From positions 1 through 36,907 of the IMG/VR virus record IMGVR_UViG_3300025451_000030: 36,907 nucleotides of DNA; one strand, 5' to 3'. This document shows, one piece after another, positions 8,017 to 13,766 of the stretch. Every line of letters starts with the position of its first letter. Positions within the stretch are counted from its first letter, which is position 1. Under the pieces are notes generated by a model. The model saw only the letters and a list, made by a program, of their open reading frames with translations, was not told where the DNA came from and made no database searches. Made by a program: the position numbers and the translations under genes. The DNA is from a virus (taxonomy: Duplodnaviria > Caudoviricetes).

Positions 8017-8226
8017 ATGACTGAATGGACCAAGCCGGAATACAGGGTTGTGCGCGACAACTACAACGGCTATGAGGTGCAGATTCGGCGCTGGTGGCAT
8101 TGGCCGTTTTGGTGGCAAGCGGCTGGGAGCAACACCCACTCAAGCGTGGAAGCCGCAGAGACGTTTGCGGAGGGGCACGCACGCGCACGCGGCCCCGTGA
8201 AGCATCTCGGGAGGCTGGGCGCCTAA
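8017..8226 (+). CDS. Cassette gene, Trp-rich hypothetical (alternative in-frame start inside attC9 at 7930/7933)
   Basis: AAAGGA RBS; stop is in the attC10 core. Confidence 0.7.
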   Translation: MTEWTKPEYRVVRDNYNGYEVQIRRWWHWPFWWQAAGSNTHSSVEAAETFAEGHARARGPVKHLGRLGA

Positions 8227-8320
8227 CGTTTGAGCTAACCGGAAAACCCGGCAGCTACAGAAGATGGAAGGCACCACGGTGCCGCCTGCCGGGGTTTTCC
8301 GGTTGAGCGAATGGTTAGGC
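8221..8320 (-). repeat. attC-like site 10 (100 bp, family A)
   Basis: Minus strand reads R'' GCCTAAC, 5-bp CATTC, L'' GCTCAACC ... L' GGTTAGC, 6-bp TCAAAC, R' GTTAGGC, the canonical attC layout. Confidence 0.9.
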
Positions 8321-8342
8321 CTGGTGGCCGAAGGGGAAGACG

Positions 8343-8516
8343 ATGGAATTTGCTATGGGGATTTTGATTGGGTTTCTGCTGATGATGCTCTTGATTGGCA
8401 TTGCCGTCTGGGGAATGCACATGGGCCTTGAACTTGCTGTGGACGGCACAAAGAAGAAAGGCCACTTCTGCGCCTATGGCAAAAAGTGGAAAGTTGTTGA
8501 GACACCCGAGGCCTAG
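8343..8516 (+). CDS. Cassette gene, 57-aa membrane protein (not in ORF track)
   Basis: MEFAMGILIGFLLMMLLIGIAVWGMH...ETPEA*; GAAGGGGAAG RBS; lower GC. Confidence 0.7.
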   Translation: MEFAMGILIGFLLMMLLIGIAVWGMHMGLELAVDGTKKKGHFCAYGKKWKVVETPEA

Positions 8517-8518
8517 GG

Positions 8519-8618
8519 GCCTAACGTTTGAGCTAACCGGAAAACCCGGCAGCTACCGAATATGCAAGGCGCCACGGTGCCGCCTGCCGGGGTTTTCCGG
8601 TTGAGCGAATGGTTAGGC
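8519..8618 (-). repeat. attC-like site 11 (100 bp, family A)
   Basis: Arms identical to site 10, loop variant. Confidence 0.9.
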
Positions 8619-8641
8619 CTGGCGGCCGAAGGGGAAGAACG

Positions 8642-8830
8642 ATGACAAGCTGGATTCTGGTACTCACGATTTTGACCAGCGGCCACGGCGCAGCACTGAC
8701 AAACGTGCCCGGCTTCACGGCGCAGCAAGACTGCGCGGCAGCAGCAGCCGAGTGGCTCCGCGCAATGAACGCCCAGCCCGGAGGCTTCCGCTACTACAGC
8801 GCAATCTGTCTGCCGCAGAAGAGGGCCTAA
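8642..8830 (+). CDS. Cassette gene, small secreted/membrane protein with Cys pair
   Basis: MTSWILVLTIL...GFTAQQDCAAAA...AICLP; stop is in the attC12 core. Confidence 0.7.
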   Translation: MTSWILVLTILTSGHGAALTNVPGFTAQQDCAAAAAEWLRAMNAQPGGFRYYSAICLPQKRA

Positions 8831-8893
8831 CGTTGCCGGTAACCGGATTGACCCGGCTTGCCGGGGCAATTCCGGTTGAGCGGCGTGTTGGGC
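8825..8893 (-). repeat. attC-like site 12 (69 bp, family E)
   Basis: GCCTAACGTTGCCGGTAACCGG...CCCGGCTTGCCGGG...CCGGTTGAGCGGCGTGTTGGGC; same loop as site 5. Confidence 0.85.
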
Positions 8894-8918
8894 GTTGTTG
8901 CCGGAGCGCGTGTCTTTA

Positions 8919-8970
8919 CATTGGTGGCAGTACGAAAACACTAGACAAGGCGCATTGTTGGCAGTACATT
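8919..8970 (+). promoter_or_regulatory. Sigma70-like promoter with direct-repeat operator, copy 2
   Basis: TAGACA(8942-8947)-17 bp-TACATT(8965-8970); same GGCAGTAC repeats as 3133-3184. Confidence 0.7.
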
Positions 8971-9015
8971 AACACCACTGCAGCAAGTCGCCGCAGCAAC
9001 CCACAGGAGAGCAAC

Positions 9016-9270
9016 ATGACAGAAGTTCAAGCCCTGCAAGCCGAAGCCACCCGCCAAGATGCGATTGCTCAGGCCCTGCGCGCCGATGTGCAAACCGCAG
9101 AAGCTGCCGCCGCCGCGATCACGGACCAAGATTCGACCGAAGCAGGCATTGCCTGGGCGCGTGCGGGCGGATTGCGCCACGCAATGGACGAAGCCATCGA
9201 AGCCATGCGCAAGGCTCACCGCGATGCAGCTGACATCGAAGACCCGGACGGCCTGCGGGCGGAAGCATGA
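9016..9270 (+). CDS. Cassette gene, Ala-rich helical hypothetical
   Basis: AGGAGA RBS; ATGA overlap with the RHH gene. Confidence 0.7.
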   Translation: MTEVQALQAEATRQDAIAQALRADVQTAEAAAAAITDQDSTEAGIAWARAGGLRHAMDEAIEAMRKAHRDAADIEDPDGLRAEA

Positions 9271-9449
9271 ACCAAGCCCCGGAGAAAGCCAAGCCGGGGC
9301 GCAAGCCCCTGGCCGATGGCGAGGGCAAGACGGCCCGCGTGCAACTGAAGCTCACGCCGGCCGACAAAGCCGATTGGCTGGCAAAGGCAGCCGCTGCCGG
9401 TTTGACGCTGCAGGCGTGGGTAGAGAAGCGGTGCAGCGGTAAGCGATGA
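9267..9449 (+). CDS. Ribbon-helix-helix-like DNA-binding protein, copy 2
   Basis: Paralog of 3500-3682. Confidence 0.7.
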   Translation: MNQAPEKAKPGRKPLADGEGKTARVQLKLTPADKADWLAKAAAAGLTLQAWVEKRCSGKR

Positions 9450-9450
9450 C

Positions 9451-9469
9451 GCCCAACTAGTCGATATGC
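9451..9469 (-). other. attI-like simple site (lone core plus degenerate L box) terminating array 1
   Basis: Minus strand GCATATC-GACTA-GTTGGGC = 7-bp degenerate L box, 5-bp spacer, GTTRRRY, with no attC hairpin. Same geometry as the attI1 simple site. Confidence 0.55.
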
Positions 9470-9849
9470 CAACTTTCCAAACTCCGAACCGATGGCGCCG
9501 CTACAACGCCACACCAGGCGCACACCAGCGCCGGCAGCGTGCGCGGGAAGCCGCCAGCATTGCAGGCCCCGCGCCGGCCTACCCGCCGACCGCCCCACTG
9601 CATGGCGACTGGCTGGGCGGCTGCATCAACGGACAGACCGTGATCGTGCGGCTGATGCGCGATCCGTCGCACAGGTCAGACCAATGGGCCGCCGAGATCG
9701 ACGGCGGAACGGTGGCCGATGCTGCTGGCTTGACGCGGCTGTGGGCGCTGCTGCATCCGCGCTGGGGCAAGGCGCCGAGCAAGCGGGCATTGGCGACGAT
9801 GCAAGAACGCTGGACCGACCGAGACGAACACGACGCCGCAATGGCGTGA
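9466..9849 (+). CDS. Hypothetical phage protein; its start overlaps the attI-like site
   Basis: ORF fills the gap to the next RBS; no clear RBS of its own. Confidence 0.5.
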   Translation: MPTFQTPNRWRRYNATPGAHQRRQRAREAASIAGPAPAYPPTAPLHGDWLGGCINGQTVIVRLMRDPSHRSDQWAAEIDGGTVADAAGLTRLWALLHPRWGKAPSKRALATMQERWTDRDEHDAAMA

Positions 9850-9856
9850 GGACACC

Positions 9857-10444
9857 ATGAGCAACACTGACGAACTTTGCGCCGCTGCACAACAGGCCCT
9901 GGTGGCAATGGAGAAGTACCCGGTCACGGTGAATCACTGGAAAGCGGTGCTGCTGCCTGCCGCTGATGCACTGCGCGCCGCCCTGGCGCAGCAGCCCGCC
10001 GCCCCTGACCGCTGGAATGAGGGGTTCAAGCACGGCCAGTGGCTGGCGAAGCACTCCGCCCCTGTTGTGGAGCGCGCAGACTCTGCAACGCCTGTTGTGG
10101 AGCGTAGCGCCGGGAATGTGAGCGACAACGCCGCCCCTGTGGCGCCTGCCCGCTGGTACTGCGTGACCAACTACGGAGGCGCCACGCTGTGCACTGGCCG
10201 CGACGATGCCGCCGAGGTGGCGGCCGAGCAGGACATCGCCATTCCGCGCCATGGGCCGCACCGGGCCGTGATGCTGGCAGAAGTGCCGCCTGCGCGAGTG
10301 CCGCTGACCGAGGCGGAGATTGCGTCAATGCAGCGCAAAGCAAACACAACCGGCGTTCAGTTTTTACAGTCGTCAACCGTGCGATGGATCGTTCGCGCCA
10401 TCGAAGCCGCCCACGGCATCACGGCGCAAGGAGAACTGAAGTGA
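9857..10444 (+). CDS. Mosaic hypothetical phage protein (ALRAALAQ... PLTEAEI... RAIEAAHGI motifs)
   Basis: GAGGA RBS; motifs typical of betaproteobacterial phage early-region proteins; internal PVVER duplication. Confidence 0.7.
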   Translation: MSNTDELCAAAQQALVAMEKYPVTVNHWKAVLLPAADALRAALAQQPAAPDRWNEGFKHGQWLAKHSAPVVERADSATPVVERSAGNVSDNAAPVAPARWYCVTNYGGATLCTGRDDAAEVAAEQDIAIPRHGPHRAVMLAEVPPARVPLTEAEIASMQRKANTTGVQFLQSSTVRWIVRAIEAAHGITAQGELK

Positions 10445-10728
10445 CCGACGCACTGCACATTGCTGACGGCTACTCAGCCCGCCCCTACGGTGACGGCTAC
10501 ATCATCCACCACGAAAGCGGAGGCGCCTGGGCGGCTGATCTGGCGATGGTTGCCGCCGTGCTGGAGATTGCCCGCCTGCGCGCAGCCGACGACGCCCACC
10601 GTGCCGCATTTGCAGCGATCTACACCGCGCTGCAACCGGCTGACCCCGACCGCGCCACATGGCCGGCTGAGATTGCCCGCCTGCGCGCCATGCTGGCCGC
10701 CGTCATTGTTGGGAACCGGACATCATGA
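10441..10728 (+). CDS. Hypothetical phage protein with duplicated EIARLRA
   Basis: AGGAG RBS, GTGA overlap. Confidence 0.6.
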   Translation: MTDALHIADGYSARPYGDGYIIHHESGGAWAADLAMVAAVLEIARLRAADDAHRAAFAAIYTALQPADPDRATWPAEIARLRAMLAAVIVGNRTS

Positions 10729-10865
10729 GCACCCTGCTGGAGGTTCTGGGCCTGGTGCTGCTGATCCTGCTGGTGGTCGCCCTGTGGTTCGTGTTCCGAG
10801 GCGACCCGAGCCTGATCGATCTGTGGCACCGGGCCGCGATGCAGGCCGCTGGAGGTGTGCGGTGA
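10725..10865 (+). CDS. 46-aa membrane protein (not in ORF track)
   Basis: MSTLLEVLGLVLLILLVVALWFVF...; ATGA and GTGA overlaps. Confidence 0.6.
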   Translation: MSTLLEVLGLVLLILLVVALWFVFRGDPSLIDLWHRAAMQAAGGVR

Positions 10866-11089
10866 AGGTCAGGATGATCAAGCGGCGCCACGACCGGCGC
10901 ACCACCTTCAAGGCGCTGCTGTGGGCCGGCATGAACGACGAAATGCGCTGGCACACGCTGGAGTACGACGGCGATGACCCATGGGACGACGACATGCCCG
11001 GCGACGCATGCCTGCACTGCCACGGCGACGGCATGGACCCGGACTGCGACTACCTGTTGCAGTGCCCGGACTGCGGCGGGAGTTGGTGA
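10862..11089 (+). CDS. Small protein with DnaJ-like CxxCxGxG zinc finger
   Basis: CLHCHGDG...CPDCGG; GGAGG RBS. Confidence 0.6.
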   Translation: MKVRMIKRRHDRRTTFKALLWAGMNDEMRWHTLEYDGDDPWDDDMPGDACLHCHGDGMDPDCDYLLQCPDCGGSW

Positions 11090-11307
11090 TGGCGGCAGTA
11101 ACGCTGCATTTCCGAGCCGACCGCCTGCACAAGACCTGCGGCGTGTGCGGGGCGGATCTGAACCGGCGCGTCAGCCGCTGGTGGCTGACGAACTGCTGGA
11201 CGGCCGACCCGAAGGAATACCGCGCGCAGCAGAGCTGCCACCCGGCAGAGACTGTGCGGCCCTGCGGAGTACTGGACCGCAGCAAGACGCCCAACCGACG
11301 GAGATAA
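11089..11307 (+). CDS. Small Cys-rich protein; ends inside attC13
   Basis: TGATG coupling; CGVCG. Confidence 0.55.
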   Translation: MAAVTLHFRADRLHKTCGVCGADLNRRVSRWWLTNCWTADPKEYRAQQSCHPAETVRPCGVLDRSKTPNRRR

Positions 11308-11359
11308 GCCGCCGGCCGCCGGCCGCCTGCGGGCGGTCGGCTTGATCGACCTGTTCGGC
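11289..11359 (-). repeat. attC-like site 13 (71 bp)
   Basis: GCCCAACCGACGGAGATAAGCCG...CGGCTTGATCGACCTGTTCGGC. Confidence 0.75.
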
Positions 11360-11386
11360 CTCTGGCGCCGAAGCGAAAGGACTGTG

Positions 11387-11578
11387 ATGAGCCTGAACTA
11401 CCGAGAGACTGACGACGAGTGCCCCGGTTGCGGAGCGACTGCCCGCGGCAGGCGAGACAACAAGCCGAACTCTCCGCAGGGGTTGAGCGAGTGCCCGCAA
11501 TGCGGCGCAGAGAAATGCTGCATGTGTGACATGGGCGATGACGTGGAATGCGCCTCGTGCGACCTAGGCGACGAGTAG
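11387..11578 (+). CDS. Cassette gene, Cys-rich zinc-finger protein
   Basis: CPGC, CPQC, CCMC, CASC; AAAGGA RBS. Confidence 0.7.
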   Translation: MSLNYRETDDECPGCGATARGRRDNKPNSPQGLSECPQCGAEKCCMCDMGDDVECASCDLGDE

Positions 11579-11579
11579 G

Positions 11580-11631
11580 GCCTAACGTCATGCTAGCCGG
11601 CGCGTAGCGTCCGGCTGAGCTGGGGTTGGGC
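11580..11631 (-). repeat. attC-like site 14 (52 bp, very short)
   Basis: GCCTAACGTCATGCTAGCCGGCGC-GTA-GCGTCCGGCTGAGCTGGGGTTGGGC. Confidence 0.75.
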
Positions 11632-11656
11632 GGCTGTGCGACGAAGCGAAGGACGA

Positions 11657-11881
11657 ATGATGAGCATGGACTACATCCGCCGCACCTACGGTGTGCCGGC
11701 CAAACGCGGGATGACCGTCACCATCTGCGGCGACGGAACGCGCTTCCAGGCGCGCATCGTCGGGTCTCGCGGGCAGTACCTGCGGCTATGGATTCCAGGC
11801 GGCAAGCGCTCGCACCTGTACCACCCGACCGATTCGCTGGAGTACCCGGCCGCAGCAAAGGGCAAGACGCCCAACGGCTGA
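11657..11881 (+). CDS. Cassette gene, small phage protein (YIRRTYGVPAKRG...YHPT family)
   Basis: AAGGA RBS; ends PNG* inside attC15. Confidence 0.75.
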   Translation: MMSMDYIRRTYGVPAKRGMTVTICGDGTRFQARIVGSRGQYLRLWIPGGKRSHLYHPTDSLEYPAAAKGKTPNG

Positions 11882-11935
11882 ACTCACCGGACGGCCCGGC
11901 CTGCCGGGCAGGTCCGGTGCAGTGACGTGTTGGGC
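11869..11935 (-). repeat. attC-like site 15 (67 bp, family D arms)
   Basis: GCCCAACGGCTGAACTCACCGG...CCGGTGCAGTGACGTGTTGGGC. Confidence 0.85.
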
Positions 11936-11964
11936 GGCTGGTTGATTGACGAACAGGAACAAGC

Positions 11965-12207
11965 ATGCTGAAACCTGAACACCTAGACGGCGCACTGCGG
12001 CAAGAACAGATGCAGGAGCGGGCGGATTGGAGAGCCGCCAACGAACCCGGCAGCGCGTCAGCTTCTCCATGGGAGCGCGGGCGCCTGGATGCGCTTGCCG
12101 GCAAAGCGGCGCCCGACCTTGTGCGCCCGGACGGCGCGTGGTCGGCACGGCTGTACGCGGCGGGGTGGGATCGCGGGGCGGAGCGGCGCAAGACGACCAA
12201 CGTTTGA
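11965..12207 (+). CDS. Cassette gene, hypothetical (WERGRLDA...AAGWDRG, Rmf/CrpP-like pattern)
   Basis: AGGA RBS; ends TNV* inside attC16. Confidence 0.6.
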   Translation: MLKPEHLDGALRQEQMQERADWRAANEPGSASASPWERGRLDALAGKAAPDLVRPDGAWSARLYAAGWDRGAERRKTTNV

Positions 12208-12293
12208 GCTAACCGGACCGGCCAGGCGCCGGGATGGTGACAGATGAACAGGACGGACCGCCTGGCTGGGTCCGGTTGAGCGAATGGTTAGGC
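12195..12293 (-). repeat. attC-like site 16 (99 bp; family-A outer arms, family-D inner stem)
   Basis: GACCAACGTTTGAGCTAACCGGACCGGCCAGGCG...CGCCTGGCTGGGTCCGGTTGAGCGAATGGTTAGGC. Confidence 0.88.
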
Positions 12294-12550
12294 CCGGCTC
12301 AGAAGCGCGCCAAGAATTGACCGCTGCCCTGGACAAAAGCGGCAGTGTGGTGCTGATAGACGTGGATGGCGAAATCCTGTTTTACGCGGCAGACGGCAAG
12401 ATGAAGGTGCAGCGGCTGGGCCAGGAGTGCGAGGGTTGCATTGCTGCGAATATGAAGCTGGCCGATGCTGTGGCGCAGGCATGGAACGCGAAACTCAAGC
12501 GCGCCGCTGACCCAACGAACAGCCGCCCGCGCTGTGGTCTTGGGGCCTAA
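12284..12550 (+). CDS. Cassette gene, hypothetical; ATG lies in the attC16 arm
   Basis: Fills the cassette; stop is in the attC17 core; start uncertain. Confidence 0.55.
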   Translation: MVRPGSEARQELTAALDKSGSVVLIDVDGEILFYAADGKMKVQRLGQECEGCIAANMKLADAVAQAWNAKLKRAADPTNSRPRCGLGA

Positions 12551-12645
12551 CGCTTGAAGTGAGGCGCCTTTGACGGCGCGAAGAAAGGACGACGATGAAC
12601 CAACATGACACGCCGGCAAAGGTCGCCTCGACTGATGGGTTAGGC
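12545..12645 (-). repeat. attC-like site 17 (101 bp); RBS and ATG of the downstream gene lie in its loop
   Basis: GCCTAACGCTTGAAGTGAGGCGCCTTTGACGGCG...AAAGGACGACGATG...CGCCGGCAAAGGTCGCCTCGACTGATGGGTTAGGC. Confidence 0.85.
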
Positions 12646-12963
12646 CCGCTGGTTGCTGACGCGCTGACAGCCGCAGACGAATACGCGGAAGCAGCCGGCC
12701 ACGCCGAGTGCTGGACGGGCACGCGCGCCAGCTACAACCAGCACCTAGCCGATGCGCGCACCAAGGCGCGCCAGGCCATTGATGCGGCCGTGGCCGCAGA
12801 GCGCGGGCGGTGGGAAGCCTTGCTTGAAGATCGCGCCCAGATTCATGGCGAGTCGTCGCGCATCTATGCGCGCCTAGCGAGCGCTGTGCGCGCCGGGGCC
12901 GGTGACATTGTTTTGGGGCAACTGCTTCGCGCCGAGGTGCAGGGAAGAGGGCCTAACGGCTGA
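12595..12963 (+). CDS. Cassette gene, hypothetical; starts in the attC17 loop and ends in attC18
   Basis: AAAGGA RBS plus ATG inside the hairpin loop. Confidence 0.7.
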   Translation: MNQHDTPAKVASTDGLGPLVADALTAADEYAEAAGHAECWTGTRASYNQHLADARTKARQAIDAAVAAERGRWEALLEDRAQIHGESSRIYARLASAVRAGAGDIVLGQLLRAEVQGRGPNG

Positions 12964-13048
12964 ACTCACCGGACCGGCCAGGCGCCGGGGTGGTGACAAA
13001 CGCGGACCCGCCCCGCCTGGCTGGGTCCGGTGCAGTGATGGGTTAGGC
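12951..13048 (-). repeat. attC-like site 18 (98 bp, family D)
   Basis: GCCTAACGGCTGAACTCACCGGACCGGCCAGGCG...CGCCTGGCTGGGTCCGGTGCAGTGATGGGTTAGGC. Confidence 0.88.
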
Positions 13049-13071
13049 CTGGTGGCCGAAGGGGAAGAACG

Positions 13072-13263
13072 ATGGACATGCGACAGACGCTGCCGGAACT
13101 GTGGCGCAGTCACGATGGCTTGTGGTGGATTGGGCAGGCCGTGGCGTTGATGCTGGCCCTGTCGCTTCTGTTCAACGGCTACGGCGGCCCCGTTGCTGCG
13201 GCTGTTGGCTACGCGCTGGCAGTGCTGGTTGACATCCGCGAGGCGGTGTCGAAGCGGGCCTAA
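13072..13263 (+). CDS. Cassette gene, 2-TM membrane protein
   Basis: Two hydrophobic segments; stop is in the attC19 core. Confidence 0.7.
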   Translation: MDMRQTLPELWRSHDGLWWIGQAVALMLALSLLFNGYGGPVAAAVGYALAVLVDIREAVSKRA

Positions 13264-13321
13264 CGGCTGAACTCACCGGACCGGCCGGCCTGCCGGCTGG
13301 GTCCGGTGCAGTGGGTTAGGC
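13258..13321 (-). repeat. attC-like site 19 (64 bp, family D; 3-bp spacer deletion)
   Basis: Right arm CCGGTGCAGTGGGTTAGGC versus CCGGTGCAGTGATGGGTTAGGC in site 18. Confidence 0.8.
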
Positions 13322-13344
13322 GTGGTGAACGAAGGGGAAGAACG

Positions 13345-13548
13345 ATGCAATGCAAGAACTGCGGCAAGGCCGCCGACCAGCACAACGCCAAAACTCGGGC
13401 ATGCCCCGGCGGCCGGAAGCACCGGACGCACGGTTACCCGTGGTTCCACCAGACGCAGGTTTTTGAAGCGCACAAGCAGTGCCCCAACAAGCGTGGCGGT
13501 GTGTGCGGCAAGGCTGGCCCGTGCTTGAGCCCAGCATGTGGTGGCTGA
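13345..13548 (+). CDS. Cassette gene, Cys/His-rich small protein
   Basis: CKNCG..H..CP..; GAAGGGGAAG RBS. Confidence 0.65.
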   Translation: MQCKNCGKAADQHNAKTRACPGGRKHRTHGYPWFHQTQVFEAHKQCPNKRGGVCGKAGPCLSPACGG

Positions 13549-13549
13549 C

Positions 13550-13648
13550 GCCTAACGTTTGAGCTAACCGGAAAACCCGGCAGCTACCGAATTGAGAAGC
13601 GCTGCGGCGCGGCCTGCCGGGGTTTTCCGGTTGAGCGAATGGTTAGGG
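13550..13648 (-). repeat. attC-like site 20 (99 bp, family A)
   Basis: Arms as in sites 8/10/11; ends GTTAGGG. Confidence 0.88.
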
Positions 13649-13667
13649 CTGTTGTTGGAGAAACGTG

Positions 13668-13766
13668 ATGAACAAGCGCTTCGTGCGCTGGGCCGGCCTC
13701 AAACACCCGGCCACGCTGGGCGGCGATGTCGTCGAGCGCTGGCTAGGGCCCCGATCTATTGCCTGA
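13668..13766 (+). CDS. 32-aa ORF in the last, possibly truncated cassette
   Basis: GGAG RBS; MNKRFVRWAGLKHP...SIA*. Confidence 0.35.
   Translation: MNKRFVRWAGLKHPATLGGDVVERWLGPRSIA

Larger units (their letters stand above)
3052..9469 (-). mobile_element. Integron-like cassette array 1: 12 attC-like sites and 12 cassettes ending in an attI-like site; no integrase in window (CALIN-like)
   Basis: 12 imperfect palindromes bounded by RYYYAAC/GTTRRRY separate units of 1-3 ORFs. The two ends of each unit are reverse complements (e.g. GTTAGCCGTCATG 6719-6731 / CATGACGGCTAAC 7485-7497). Confidence 0.88.

Noticed and set aside
7491-8618. Three near-identical 100-bp repeats as a CRISPR array
   Set aside because: The repeats are too long, the intervening DNA is whole ORFs of variable length with their own RBS, and there are no cas genes; attC architecture explains them.
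7534-8718. ORFs with shared LTFELTGKPGSY / LTIRSTGKPRQA / VFRLSEWLG peptides
   Set aside because: Artefacts of translating family-A attC repeats in other frames.
10060-10690. Short internal duplications (CCTGTTGTGGAGCG x2; GAGATTGCCCGCCTGCGCGC x2)
   Set aside because: In-frame coding repeats with no attC cores; common in mosaic phage early genes.
9458-11288. The inter-array block as additional cassettes
   Set aside because: No attC hairpins found; genes are coupled by ATGA/GTGA overlaps like native phage operon genes.
3052-13648. Hairpins as rho-independent terminators, REP/BIME elements or MITEs
   Set aside because: No U-tracts, no GTAG-type REP ends with a RAYT gene, and no target-site duplications. 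Conserved AAC/GTT cores, spacer lengths and cross-cassette complementarity fit attC.
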